A stretch of 59,159 bases of DNA from Candidatus Woesebacteria bacterium (GCA_020060845.1 JAGUZK010000060.1:1-59159), one strand, 5' to 3'; shown: positions 1-10,065, counted from the stretch's first letter. The notes: generated from the sequence alone by a model not told the origin. Made by a program: numbers and translations.

Positions 1-2
1 CA

Positions 3-1172
3 CTGGGAAGAGCCTTATGGAATGCCATACCTGGCATGAATTATTTTAGGTTTCCTGCCCGCTTTGGTATATTTTTTGTATTTTCTGTTTCGATGTTGGC
101 TGGTTTGGGGATAGAAAGGTTTCTGGTTAAACTTTCATCATTTAGACTAAGGAATGGAGATGGACCTGAAAGATTTTCATTAAGCTGGCCGTTTCCTAAG
201 AAAATGACTAGAACATTACTTATTTTTTTGGTAATTGCTGATTTGTTCTTCTATAAAAACTTGTATGTGGGACATATAAAGAGACAGGAACTTGATAAAT
301 ATATTAGAGGCAACTATTCGGAATGTATTCCAAAGTTTGGTAGGGTGTATAATCGATTTTTGTATACTAGCCATGTGTATCCGTCACTTGGTTGGAGAAA
401 AAATGCGAATGTAGCTTTAAGCTATCTTAACCTTGTTCCACCCAATTGGAACATCTTGAAGGGAATTTCGTATTTTAGTGACAGAGGTTGGTTTGAAGGC
501 GGCCTGAATATCTCTAGAAGAAACTTTATAGAAAAGCAGATTCTTGGTAGAGATTTGAGCGAAGATCAAAAAATTAGACTCCTCGGATTATATGGGGTTA
601 ACTATATAATGTCTGACCAGGAGATAGAATCCAAGGAGGCGGAGAGGGTGTGTACTATAGAGTTGAAACCTCCTTTTCTATACAATATGCCGGTCTATAA
701 AATAACTAATTCTCTACCCCGGTTTTACTTGGCGCACTCGTCAAGAAAAGTCGGGAAGGACGATTTCCTCAAAGAGTTTATAGAGGGTCGGATTGACTTC
801 GGTAATGAGGTTGTAATTGAAAACGAAGATGTAAGTATTGGTCCTGGTATTGATTTTTCAAGAGGCGAAAATCATGGACTTGTTGAGGTAATCAAGTTAG
901 ATGACGAAGAAGTTGTTGTGAGAACGACCGACCCGAATCCATCTTTTCTAGTGGTAAATGATATTTACTATCCTGGCTGGGAAGCTGAGATTGACGGCAA
1001 AAGGGAGGATATATTTTTAGCTAACTATATGGTGAGGGCTGTGCCTCTCACACCAGGTGAACACTTAGTAAAGATATATTATAAACCGAAATCATTTAAG
1101 ATAGGTTTTTTTGTCTCTAGTATTTCCTGGATTGTTGTCGTGATATTGTTGGTGGTTTGTAGGTACAAATAA
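3..1172 (+). CDS. YfhO-family membrane protein (GT-C-like), 5'-truncated by the window edge
   Basis: Frame is open from position 3. Has RFPARF and the C-terminal YYPGWEAEIDG...N...RAVPLTPGEH..Y.P motif followed by a TM helix, typical of YfhO. Confidence 0.75.
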   Translation: MGRALWNAIPGMNYFRFPARFGIFFVFSVSMLAGLGIERFLVKLSSFRLRNGDGPERFSLSWPFPKKMTRTLLIFLVIADLFFYKNLYVGHIKRQELDKYIRGNYSECIPKFGRVYNRFLYTSHVYPSLGWRKNANVALSYLNLVPPNWNILKGISYFSDRGWFEGGLNISRRNFIEKQILGRDLSEDQKIRLLGLYGVNYIMSDQEIESKEAERVCTIELKPPFLYNMPVYKITNSLPRFYLAHSSRKVGKDDFLKEFIEGRIDFGNEVVIENEDVSIGPGIDFSRGENHGLVEVIKLDDEEVVVRTTDPNPSFLVVNDIYYPGWEAEIDGKREDIFLANYMVRAVPLTPGEHLVKIYYKPKSFKIGFFVSSISWIVVVILLVVCRYK

Positions 1173-1236
1173 TATCATTCGGTTGGTCAGATCAATTAGA
1201 TTTGAATGTTTCAGGTTGAATATTTTTTGATTTCGG

Positions 1237-2067
1237 TTGAAAATAGATGGAATGATGTATTGGCAATTAGTGACCCCTCTTGTTCTTGTTTTAGGGCTAA
1301 TTGTGGGCTCGTTTTTGGGGGCGTTGACCTATCGTATCCCGCGAGGAATAAGTATATCTGACGGTCGCTCGTTTTGTCCCAGATGTAAAAAAACAATTGC
1401 ATGGTATGACAACATCCCTCTTGTCTCCTACATCATCTTGGGAGGAAGATGTAGAAACTGCAGGAGTAAAATTTCAATTCGCTATCCCCTGATTGAGTTG
1501 ACAACTTCCGTCCTTATCTTTCTTACCTACGTACAAGCTATAGCTTGCATTGGCGCTGATAAAAACATCGTATGTGAATACTTTTCGCGGTTTGGTTGGT
1601 GGTCACTCCCCTACCTCTGGATTATGATAATTCTTTTAGTGGCCATTTTTATTGTTGATCTTGAGAAAAAGATTATTCCTGATGAATTTTCCCTCTCACT
1701 TTTTGTATTGGCAGTTGTGGGAATTGTTATTGGAGGATTTGATGATTTTTATTTGAGGGTTTTATTTGGCTTTTTGGTGGCTAGTTTTTTACTGTTTCTT
1801 CATCTTCTTACAGGTGGGCGTGGTATGGGGTTGGGAGACGTCAAACTTGCCCTTTTTGCCCCCGTGGTTTTGGGTGATTGGCGTAATGTTTTTGTATGGA
1901 TTTCTGGTAGTTTCCTAGTTGGAGCAGTTGTAGGTACTGTACTTATTGCCCTTCGGAGAGGATCATTTGGGAAACCGATTGCCTTTAGTCCCTTTATGGT
2001 GATTTCGTTTTTGCTTGTTATGTTTCTGTCAGATAAGATAAGAATGATTTTACCTGTCTTCTTATGA
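1237..2067 (+). CDS. pilD: Prepilin peptidase (A24)
   Basis: GSFL, RSFCPRC...WYDNIPLVSY...GRCRNC zinc motifs, IVDLE and GMGLGDVKL aspartates. Start may be the ATG at 1252. Confidence 0.95.
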   Translation: MKIDGMMYWQLVTPLVLVLGLIVGSFLGALTYRIPRGISISDGRSFCPRCKKTIAWYDNIPLVSYIILGGRCRNCRSKISIRYPLIELTTSVLIFLTYVQAIACIGADKNIVCEYFSRFGWWSLPYLWIMIILLVAIFIVDLEKKIIPDEFSLSLFVLAVVGIVIGGFDDFYLRVLFGFLVASFLLFLHLLTGGRGMGLGDVKLALFAPVVLGDWRNVFVWISGSFLVGAVVGTVLIALRRGSFGKPIAFSPFMVISFLLVMFLSDKIRMILPVFL

Positions 2068-2681
2068 GAAAGCTTACAAAAACCGAGATAAAAGCAACCA
2101 TCCTGATTTTTGTGGTAGTACTTGTGGTCACTTTGTACAACATGGGACTTGCCCTTAGGCGCTCAAGAGATGCACAGCGGAGAGCCGATATTGGCGCGAT
2201 TTCGGATGCATTGGGACGTTTTTATACTGACCATGGTTTTTTCCCCCCATCAGATAATGGCAAGATAAAAATTTGCGAGGGTAGTAATTTTGAAGAAGTT
2301 TATAGTGATATGTCTGATGATCCAGTCTTTGATAGAAATAAGTTTTTTTCCGGCCTTAGGGGGTGTAATTGGGGGGAAGATGTGTTTGAGGATCTTTTGG
2401 GTGGTGGACAAGATTATCTTTCAACTATTCCTGCCGACCCAAGGCAAGATATGGGATTTGAGTATTTATATTTGTCAGACACTGCCTACTTCCAGCTTTT
2501 TTCTGCTCTTGAGGGAGGGAAAAATGAGGATACTTATAACTTGGGAGTGGTAGGTAGAAATTTGTTGTGCGGAAAGCATGTTTGTAGTTTCGGAAAATCC
2601 TTTTCTGATATCCCTTTGGACATTTCTATTGAGGAGTTCAGGAAAAAGCTTGAAGAGCTGAGGCGCGGTAGCCAAAATTAA
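2064..2681 (+). CDS. Pilin/GspG-like protein with degenerate prepilin cleavage site
   Basis: N-terminal hydrophobic helix, then SRDAQRRADI..I..AL..FY.D.G.FP and YL..IPADP as in CPR pilins. Lacks G|FTLIE. Confidence 0.7.
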   Translation: MRKLTKTEIKATILIFVVVLVVTLYNMGLALRRSRDAQRRADIGAISDALGRFYTDHGFFPPSDNGKIKICEGSNFEEVYSDMSDDPVFDRNKFFSGLRGCNWGEDVFEDLLGGGQDYLSTIPADPRQDMGFEYLYLSDTAYFQLFSALEGGKNEDTYNLGVVGRNLLCGKHVCSFGKSFSDIPLDISIEEFRKKLEELRRGSQN

Positions 2682-2692
2682 ACTTGTAAGAC

Positions 2693-3199
2693 TTGTGGAT
2701 TTTATGTAACAATGGATATATGAGCATCTATTATAGAAGAATTGGTTGCCTAAGACTTAGGAAAGGGTTTACAATAGTTGAGCTTTTGATTGTAATTGCT
2801 ATCCTTACCGTGCTTTCATCTCTTGTTATGATTACTTTTCCGGGAGCTGGCAAAGGCGCAAGAGATTCAAGAAGAAGGCAGGAACTTGGGCAATATAGAG
2901 TGGCACTGGAAAATTATGCAAACAAAAGTGGCGGAATATATCCAGATAGACCAAGTAATGTAAAGCCAAATACTTTATGTGGTGTGGGCCAACCTCTTGG
3001 TAATGTGCCTTGCCCTCTAGATCCAAAGGATGGGGCTAGCGGGGTCTGTGTTGGAGGAACTTGCCAGTATCAATACCGTACCACTAGCGGTGGTGTTGAC
3101 TACACGCTTTGGGCAAGACTTGAAAAGCCAGTTTCCACCACAGCACCCTGTTTTGTAATACATTCAAATGGAGTAAGCGGTGAGGAAGCTTGTCCTTAA
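2693..3199 (+). CDS. Type IV pilin / pseudopilin
   Basis: KG|FTIVELLIVIAIL N-methylation motif; ARDSRR; Cys-rich C-terminus. Confidence 0.9.
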   Translation: MWILCNNGYMSIYYRRIGCLRLRKGFTIVELLIVIAILTVLSSLVMITFPGAGKGARDSRRRQELGQYRVALENYANKSGGIYPDRPSNVKPNTLCGVGQPLGNVPCPLDPKDGASGVCVGGTCQYQYRTTSGGVDYTLWARLEKPVSTTAPCFVIHSNGVSGEEACP

Positions 3200-3209
3200 T
3201 ACTTAGATT

Positions 3210-3698
3210 ATGATAAAAATGGGTTTTAAGAATTCTTATGCTAGGGGTGGATTTACCCTAATGGAGCTTCTTGTTACAATTGCAATTATTGGTATTTTGT
3301 CGGCAATTTCTTTATTTGCTCTTGTTGGCGCAAGGGTATCAGCAAGAGATGCAAGGAGAAAGTCTGATATGGAGAGTATAAGATCTGCTCTTGAGCTTTA
3401 TCGGTCTGATTGCAACCAGTACCCTTCGACTTTTCCATCAGTTGGCCAGCCGTTAGTATCAACAAATCCCCCCTGCCCCACTGCTAATATTAGATATTTA
3501 GAGAAAATTCCAGGGGATCCATTGGTCTCAACCTCGTACAGGTACACCCGCCTATCAAATACCCGTTATGTGCTTTGTGCAAGGCTTGAGGAGGCGCCAG
3601 TGCCGGCGTTTAGCGCAGCCGATCTAGCACTCTGTGGTGGAAGTTGTCCTAACGTTGCAGGAGGCTCTACATGTAATTATGTTGTTTTTAGCCCTTGA
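3210..3698 (+). CDS. Type IV pilin / GspG-like pseudopilin
   Basis: GG|FTLMELLVTIAII; ARDARRKSD...ALELY; YLEKIPGDP. Confidence 0.9.
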   Translation: MIKMGFKNSYARGGFTLMELLVTIAIIGILSAISLFALVGARVSARDARRKSDMESIRSALELYRSDCNQYPSTFPSVGQPLVSTNPPCPTANIRYLEKIPGDPLVSTSYRYTRLSNTRYVLCARLEEAPVPAFSAADLALCGGSCPNVAGGSTCNYVVFSP

Positions 3699-3713
3699 TG
3701 AGGTAAATATGAT

Positions 3714-4235
3714 ATGTCTATTATGCTGCCCCGCATTGCAAAGAATTGTCTAAAAGATGGATATACATTAATTGAGCTTCTGATAGTTATCTCCATAATT
3801 GCTTTAGTTTTTGGTGTTGGTACTGCCAGCTACCGCAACTATCAAGGTAGACAGTTGTTTGAAGCTAGTGTCAGGGAGATTTTATCTGATTTGAGGTTGG
3901 CACAGGAGTATGCTTTGGCTGGAAGAAGTGAGGGTTGTTCTCAATTTGAGGGGTATGTGTTTGAGTCGGCTCAAAACGGTTTGAATTATTCAATATATAG
4001 GCGATGCGGTGGAAATAATGTCTTGTATAAAAATAAGTCTTTGCCCTCAGGTACAACGATCCAGGTGCGTGGTAACAATAATGGTGATCGTAATTTTCGT
4101 TTTAATGCGCTGGGAAAGGGTCTTGATGTGACAACTGCGGAAGCATGTGTGACAATAACGCGCGGTTTGTATACTAAGTATGTAAAAATCGATAAGGTAA
4201 GTGGAAATATAGAGGTAACCACTAATCCTTGCTAG
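3714..4235 (+). CDS. Minor pilin (FimT/GspH-like)
   Basis: DG|YTLIELLIVISII; SDLRLAQEYA; FRFNALG. Confidence 0.85.
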   Translation: MSIMLPRIAKNCLKDGYTLIELLIVISIIALVFGVGTASYRNYQGRQLFEASVREILSDLRLAQEYALAGRSEGCSQFEGYVFESAQNGLNYSIYRRCGGNNVLYKNKSLPSGTTIQVRGNNNGDRNFRFNALGKGLDVTTAEACVTITRGLYTKYVKIDKVSGNIEVTTNPC

Positions 4236-4250
4236 GGACGGTAGAATTTT

Positions 4251-4769
4251 ATGAAAATTATTCTGGAAAACTATATTAGCAAAATTAGCAAAACGTGCGA
4301 GGGTAAGATTTGTGTTTTCTGGAGCCAGAGAAAAAAAGGTAGCAAGGAGCTTCTCCTGTTAGGACAATCGCTTTTTGAGGTTCTTTTTGCGGTTGGTATT
4401 TCCGCTTTGATACTTATCTCAGTTATCAGCCTTAGCACCCAGTCCGTGAGGACAGGTGACTTCTCAAAAAATAATGCTAGCGCTACTAAGTATGCACAGG
4501 AGGCTATTGAATGGGTAAGACAACAAAGGGATATTCTTGGGTGGGACGCTATTCGTTCTAGAGTTGGTCCAGAGAGGGCATTTGGAGTTTTAGACTTAAG
4601 CGGAAGTGAAAACCCGATTCCCGGAACTATTTTTAATAGGTATCTTACTATGTCTTATTATGGAAGTGGTACCGACACAGTGCTAGTTGAAGTCAAGGTG
4701 ACATGGGCTGATGGGGCTGGGACACATGAGGTTAAGAATTCTACGAAACTTACAAATTGGCGAAGATAA
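4251..4769 (+). CDS. Minor pilin (PilV-like)
   Basis: G|QSLFEVLFAVGI; A..YAQEAIEWVR; V.V.V.W. True start uncertain. Confidence 0.8.
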   Translation: MKIILENYISKISKTCEGKICVFWSQRKKGSKELLLLGQSLFEVLFAVGISALILISVISLSTQSVRTGDFSKNNASATKYAQEAIEWVRQQRDILGWDAIRSRVGPERAFGVLDLSGSENPIPGTIFNRYLTMSYYGSGTDTVLVEVKVTWADGAGTHEVKNSTKLTNWRR

Positions 4770-4791
4770 TGTTATTTTTTAGTTACTAAGA

Positions 4792-5325
4792 ATGAATAGA
4801 AGGAACAATTTTGTGCTTTATAGGGGTTTTTCCTTAATAGAGATGTTGGTGGTAGTTGGGATTTTTTCTATTCTAGCGGTTGTTGCTACCCAAGTTCTAT
4901 CTTCGAGCCTTCGTGGCTCAAGGAAAAGTGAAAATATAGGTAGGGTTCGTGAAAATGTGGAATATGCCTTAAATTATATTGAGCGCAATCTAAGGGCTGC
5001 AAAAGGTCTTGATTTTGAAATCTCGGTAAACGACTCTAGTATCTGTCCTTCGTCTGGGGATTATATGTATTTCTATAACGGAAGTGGTATGATCGATAAT
5101 TTTAGAAAGGACGGAACTAGACTTATGCATGGGAGTTATGCGATCACAAACTCTGATATTGAGATTACCAATGTTGAGTTTAAGTGTGTGCAAGGATTTG
5201 GAGGCAGTCCGGATTCGGTGAGCATAACTATCGAGGCGAAGGACGCATCAACAACAGGGGTGGCTGAATCTGCGGTTTATAGAACATCAACAACTATTTC
5301 TCTTAGGAACTACTCGCGTAACTGA
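4792..5325 (+). CDS. Minor pilin (PilW/GspJ-like)
   Basis: RG|FSLIEMLVVVGIF; IERNLRAA; terminal TTISLRN. Confidence 0.85.
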   Translation: MNRRNNFVLYRGFSLIEMLVVVGIFSILAVVATQVLSSSLRGSRKSENIGRVRENVEYALNYIERNLRAAKGLDFEISVNDSSICPSSGDYMYFYNGSGMIDNFRKDGTRLMHGSYAITNSDIEITNVEFKCVQGFGGSPDSVSITIEAKDASTTGVAESAVYRTSTTISLRNYSRN

Positions 5326-5375
5326 TAATTGACCTGACTTTTTAGACTTGTTACACTGGGAATAGGTCTAAGGTA

Positions 5376-6314
5376 ATGAGAATGAGAGAGGTTAAATCTA
5401 ATTCTGGTCAAGCTTTGCTTTTGGTGCTTTTGACTATGGCTGTGGCAATAGTGGTGGTGCTTTCGGTCGTATCCAAATCTGTGACAGATGTTACCATCAC
5501 GTCAACAGAAGAGGAGTCTTTGAAAGCTTTTTCTGCAGCCGAGGCTGGAATTGAGGAGTCATTATTAAATGTGGTTCCACAAGCTGTATCTGGAAGTGTT
5601 GATAGTAGCGTAAATTATAATGTTGTCCTCACCCAGGAGACTGCCGGAAGCAGCTTCAATTACCCAGAGCAATTAGGCTCGGGTGATACAGGGACGATTT
5701 GGTTTGTAAGCCATGATTCAAATGGGGTCTTGACTTGTGCCTCTGGCATGATTTGTACCAGAACTAACAACATGTATTTGTATTGGGGAACATCTTCTGG
5801 ACAACAAAAGCCTGCTGTGGAGATCACCTTTTTTTATGACCCTAATAGAAGATCTTTTTTGCATAGTGGAAATTCATCTATCAACTATTCCGGTCTTCAG
5901 GCTAGAACTTTTGCCTTTGATCCAGACAGTACTCGTCTAGGACAAAATGGTTTTGCCTTAGCTGAGACTGGTAGTTACCCTGTTTCTTACGGACAAACAA
6001 CTGTCAACTATAAATACAGAATAGGGATTGTCAATTTGAACTCCAATATTAATGGTTGCGTTAATAGTAACAATAACTGCTTGGTCCTTGCAAAGGTAAG
6101 GCTTCTTTATAACGATCTTCCCGAGGGTTTTGGTGTTTCTATTCAAGGAGGTGGGGCGGGCGAGCAATTACCAGCTCAAGGTTATAAGGTATCTTCGACT
6201 GGTTCAGCCGCGGGAGGGAGTGTTACTCGTAAAGTTGAAGTGTTTCAAGGATATCCAGAACCACCCTCAATATTTGACTCCGTACTGTTTAGCTTAAGAG
6301 GACTTGAAAGATAA
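5376..6314 (+). CDS. PilX-like minor pilin
   Basis: SG|QALLLVLL (no E5), AFSAAEAGIEESL, late STG...RKVEV. Confidence 0.8.
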   Translation: MRMREVKSNSGQALLLVLLTMAVAIVVVLSVVSKSVTDVTITSTEEESLKAFSAAEAGIEESLLNVVPQAVSGSVDSSVNYNVVLTQETAGSSFNYPEQLGSGDTGTIWFVSHDSNGVLTCASGMICTRTNNMYLYWGTSSGQQKPAVEITFFYDPNRRSFLHSGNSSINYSGLQARTFAFDPDSTRLGQNGFALAETGSYPVSYGQTTVNYKYRIGIVNLNSNINGCVNSNNNCLVLAKVRLLYNDLPEGFGVSIQGGGAGEQLPAQGYKVSSTGSAAGGSVTRKVEVFQGYPEPPSIFDSVLFSLRGLER

Positions 6315-6323
6315 TTATAATTT

Positions 6324-7337
6324 ATGGCTGTTGGTATTGATATTGGATCAAAATCAATCAAGATTGTTGAGCTAGCAAGAGATGGCAAAGGCTGGAGACT
6401 GAAGTCTTCAGGGGTTGTTGGATATAGGGGGATTGCCCCAGAATATGCTAAGGATGAGAAAGATCTTGCTGTTATCTCTGAGGCTCTCAAAAAACTTTAT
6501 AAAGAAGCAAAAATTAATTCAAAGGATGTTAATATTTCCCTGCCAGAGCATTCTGTCTATACCCGAAGAATTAAGTTTCCCCCGCTTACAGATTCCGAGA
6601 TTGCGTCTGCTGTCAAATGGGAAGCTGAACAATATATACCTATTCCGCTATCGGAGTCTATTTTGCAACATCAGGTAATAGAAAGACATGATAATACTTC
6701 CCCCCCTTACGTATCGGTCTTGTTAGTTGCGGTGCTTAGGGAGATAGCTGAAAGATACGCTAAAGTGATTGAGATGGCAAAGCTTAATCTTTTAGCGGTA
6801 GAGACTGAACTAATGTCTGCTTCGAGGTCTTTAGCCACTGAGGAATTCCCGGTCATGATTGTTGACTTGGGTGCAAAATCAACCGATATTGCTATTTCCA
6901 AAAACGGTCAGCTTTATTTTACAAGATCACTTCAAACCGCAGGAGAGGCCCTCACAAGGGCTATTGTTCAAACACTTGGAATTGATGAAGTTCAGGCAGA
7001 AGAATATAAAAAAACTTACGGCATGGTTGGGTCGCAGCTTGAGGGCAAAATTAAGTCTGCACTAGAGCCGGTGGTGAGGATGGTAGCAGAAGAGATGCGA
7101 AAAGCAATGAGTTATTACCAGACCAGTGAGCAGGGAGAATCTCCTAAATCTATAATTTTAACGGGTGGCACGGCCGCTATGCCTGAGATTGCAGCTGTAT
7201 TAACGAAAATTTTAGCTGTAGAAGTAATAGTCGGAAATCCTTTTTCAAAAGTTTTTGTTGCACCTGAGGCTGTCAATGCCCTTTCTGGATATGCACCGCT
7301 TTATTCGATTGCGGTAGGCCTAGCTATGAGAGGTTAG
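6324..7337 (+). CDS. pilM: Type IV pilus assembly protein PilM
   Basis: VGIDIGSKSIKIVE, WEAEQYIP, VDLGAKST, LTGGTA, AVGLAMR. Confidence 0.93.
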   Translation: MAVGIDIGSKSIKIVELARDGKGWRLKSSGVVGYRGIAPEYAKDEKDLAVISEALKKLYKEAKINSKDVNISLPEHSVYTRRIKFPPLTDSEIASAVKWEAEQYIPIPLSESILQHQVIERHDNTSPPYVSVLLVAVLREIAERYAKVIEMAKLNLLAVETELMSASRSLATEEFPVMIVDLGAKSTDIAISKNGQLYFTRSLQTAGEALTRAIVQTLGIDEVQAEEYKKTYGMVGSQLEGKIKSALEPVVRMVAEEMRKAMSYYQTSEQGESPKSIILTGGTAAMPEIAAVLTKILAVEVIVGNPFSKVFVAPEAVNALSGYAPLYSIAVGLAMRG

Positions 7338-7348
7338 ATTTTTTATAT

Positions 7349-7879
7349 ATGCAACAAGATATTAACCTTATTCCAACCAGTTCAAGAACTACCCAGGAGA
7401 TGTCTCGGAAAACAAGCGGTATTGAGGCCGTTTTGAAAATACTTTTTGTCTTTCTTACCATCTCACTTTTGACAATTGCTGTTATCTACGGGATATTATA
7501 TTCCGGACTAAGCGAAGCAAAAAAGGAACGTGAGAAGTTAACTCAGGAACTTGTTGCTCTTAAAAAGTCGGAAGCAAGGTTGGTTGTCTTAAGGGATAGG
7601 TTGACCAAGGTCGCCTTTTTAAGAAATAAGTATGATATAAGTGGTGAGTATGCTATTTTGAATGATCTCTTGCAGAATACTACTTCCCCAACCCAGCTGG
7701 TAAAATTTTCAATGAACCCCGAGTCCGTGGAAGCAGTTATCACAACCGAGAGTTCTTTGGGGATGACTAAGCTTCTTTCTCATCTTGTAGGGTCTGGGCT
7801 TTATTCTAGAGTAGTTATGAAATCATTTGAATATAGTCCTAGCACGGCGTATAGGATGGAATTGTTACTGGGTAAATGA
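7349..7879 (+). CDS. PilN-like protein
   Basis: INLIP motif, one TM helix and coiled coil; follows pilM. Confidence 0.75.
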   Translation: MQQDINLIPTSSRTTQEMSRKTSGIEAVLKILFVFLTISLLTIAVIYGILYSGLSEAKKEREKLTQELVALKKSEARLVVLRDRLTKVAFLRNKYDISGEYAILNDLLQNTTSPTQLVKFSMNPESVEAVITTESSLGMTKLLSHLVGSGLYSRVVMKSFEYSPSTAYRMELLLGK

Positions 7880-8547
7880 AGACGAGCGTATTTGATACTA
7901 GAAAGTTGATAATGATTTTAGGCGGTTTTGTTTTGGTGGTGATTTCATTTGTTATCCTTTTAAGAAACGGTGTTGGGACAGTAATGAGGCTATATGGCGA
8001 GTTAAAGAATCAGAGACAAGAAATAACAATCCTAAAGGAAAATATTCAGCTTATAAGAAGAATTGACCTAACTGTCATGAGCAAGAGTGATCAGGTATTT
8101 GTCGCTCTGCCTGATCGGTCGCTTTTGCCTGTAGTTGTTGCCAATATGAAGAACATTAGCGCAGGTAAGCTAAATGTATCTACATTTAAAAGCGAGATTG
8201 GTCAGGCTCAAAATGATATTAATATGGCAAGTTTGGTTTATGAAGGTGATGCATCAAGCATCGAAGACATGCTAGGAGTACTTGACTCTTTGCAGGGTTA
8301 TCTTCCTCTTACTGCAGTTGAGAGCCTTGAGATGAGTAGTGGTAAAGGAAGTGGATTTCAGGTTAGTCTTAAGATTGCCACTTTCTGGTCGAAGATCCCC
8401 TCTGAACTTCCTGAGATTAACGAGCCAGTTAAAGATTTGACAGACGATGAAAACAAGCTTATGACTGATTTAGCAAGACTGAAAAGGCCAATTTCTGATG
8501 TTCTTAATCCCCTGCCTCCAACTGATCGGCAAAACCCTTTTATCTAA
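7876..8547 (+). CDS. PilO-like protein
   Basis: N-terminal TM, coiled coil, ALP motif, terminal RQNPF; follows pilN. Confidence 0.7.
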   Translation: MKTSVFDTRKLIMILGGFVLVVISFVILLRNGVGTVMRLYGELKNQRQEITILKENIQLIRRIDLTVMSKSDQVFVALPDRSLLPVVVANMKNISAGKLNVSTFKSEIGQAQNDINMASLVYEGDASSIEDMLGVLDSLQGYLPLTAVESLEMSSGKGSGFQVSLKIATFWSKIPSELPEINEPVKDLTDDENKLMTDLARLKRPISDVLNPLPPTDRQNPFI

Positions 8548-8558
8548 TTGTTCAGTCT

Positions 8559-8795
8559 TCAATTTGAAGGTGTTGATTCTACTTTGACGTTTACGAATTT
8601 ATTTTCTAGGGTAGCTTTTATTTTAAGGATATCTTGGATTGCCTTTATTGTGCTTCCCCCTTTACCAATAATCTTACCGGCTTTGTCTTGCGATACTTTG
8701 ATTATGTATTCTACCCTGTCGCCGTCTACAGTTTCTGATATCTCGTATCCGTCACCGATAATATTTTTGACTAGAAAATCAAGCAATTTGTTCAT
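8559..8795 (-). CDS. khpA: KH-domain RNA-binding protein (KhpA/YlqC)
   Basis: GKIIGKGGSTIKAI; overlaps the rpsP stop as is usual. Confidence 0.9.
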   Translation of the reverse strand: MNKLLDFLVKNIIGDGYEISETVDGDRVEYIIKVSQDKAGKIIGKGGSTIKAIQDILKIKATLENKFVNVKVESTPSN

Positions 8796-9016
8796 GCTTT
8801 TTGTATCAAGGTTTTGACTTTTTTGGATAACAATGCCCCGTTTTTAATCCATGCTTCCAGCTTATCTTTATCAATTTCGATACTGTCCTTTCTTGGATAC
8901 CAATATCCGATTATATCCAACGGTTTGCCTGTCACCTTTCGCTTATCTTCAATTGCTACTACTCTAAAAAAGTGATCATTTTTCTTTCCCTGCTTGGTTA
9001 GCCTGATTTTGATCAT
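8792..9016 (-). CDS. rpsP: 30S ribosomal protein S16
   Basis: MIKIRL...GKKN..FFRVVA...IGYW.P...WIKNGA. Confidence 0.95.
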   Translation of the reverse strand: MIKIRLTKQGKKNDHFFRVVAIEDKRKVTGKPLDIIGYWYPRKDSIEIDKDKLEAWIKNGALLSKKVKTLIQKA

Positions 9017-9066
9017 AAGATATTTATATGCTTTAATATATCAAAAATATTCAGTTTTGTATATAT

Positions 9067-9735
9067 TTATTGTGAAAGTTTAGAAAGAGCTTTTTTGGCG
9101 GCGTCTTGTGCAGCTTCGCTTTTGTTTTTTCCTGTTCCAATTGCCTGTGCCTTGCCGTTTATGATTACTTGGATACTGAAGGTTTTATCGTGATCTGGTC
9201 CTGTTTCGCTTACCACCTCATATTTTGGTGCGGGATATCCTCTTGCCTGGACTAGTTCTTGAAGGAGGCTCTTGGCGTCCTTGAGAGGTTGAGCAAGTTT
9301 GTCATCAAGACTTGAAAGTATGAACTCTTTAATAAATTCTTCAGATTTTTCGATACCTCCATCAAGATAGATTCCTCCTATTATAGCTTCAATCGTGTCT
9401 GCAAGTATTGATTGATTTGTTCTTCCTCCAGTTTCTTCTTCTCCTTTGGATAAAAAAAGCAGGTTTCCGATACCAAGCTTTTCAGCTACACTTGCCAGGT
9501 TTGAGGTATTAACAAGATTTGCTCTTAAAGCAGTCAAGTATCCTTCTTCCTTGTCGGGAAAACGGTTGTAAAGCTCTTTTGAAATTATAAACTCCAAGAC
9601 TGCGTCACCCAAAAACTCAAGTCGCTCATTGTTTCCTCTTTGGTTGGGATGTTCATTTACCCACGAACGATGTGTAAGGGCAGTCTCTAAAATGGAGGGA
9701 TTGGTAAAAAATTTATTAATTTTGGGATTGCCCAT
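9067..9735 (-). CDS. rnc: Ribonuclease III
   Basis: ALTHRS, NERLEFLGDAVL signature, C-terminal dsRBD. Confidence 0.97.
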   Translation of the reverse strand: MGNPKINKFFTNPSILETALTHRSWVNEHPNQRGNNERLEFLGDAVLEFIISKELYNRFPDKEEGYLTALRANLVNTSNLASVAEKLGIGNLLFLSKGEEETGGRTNQSILADTIEAIIGGIYLDGGIEKSEEFIKEFILSSLDDKLAQPLKDAKSLLQELVQARGYPAPKYEVVSETGPDHDKTFSIQVIINGKAQAIGTGKNKSEAAQDAAKKALSKLSQ

Positions 9736-9741
9736 AAAAAG

Positions 9742-9981
9742 TTAAATATTATCTTCAAGTTCAAGCGATTCGGTGAGATCTGCTACGCTCTCTATTTTTG
9801 AAAGATCAACTCGTTTGGTGTCGAACCCATTTTCCTCAAGTATGTGGACAAAATCAGACAAGTCGGATGGCTGCATATGCAGATCTTCAGAGAAGCTGTC
9901 ATCATTGTCGATGTCCTCCACACTAACCCCAATGAACTCCGCAAGTATTTGCTTAAACTGTAATAACTTTGTCTTTTCCAT
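9742..9981 (-). CDS. Acyl-carrier-protein-like protein with non-canonical attachment motif
   Basis: Small acidic protein with ACP-like pattern (ILAEFIGV..EDI..D.SF.EDL...D...F..ILEE...IESVADL) located before rnc. The DSL motif is altered. Start set at the ATG at 9981. Confidence 0.65.
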   Translation of the reverse strand: MEKTKLLQFKQILAEFIGVSVEDIDNDDSFSEDLHMQPSDLSDFVHILEENGFDTKRVDLSKIESVADLTESLELEDNI

Positions 9982-10065
9982 AACAATAAAAAACAATCAA
10001 AAAAAAGATTAATCTATAAATTTAAGGAATGCAAGAAGCATTATCATCCAAATACAATACCCTAT

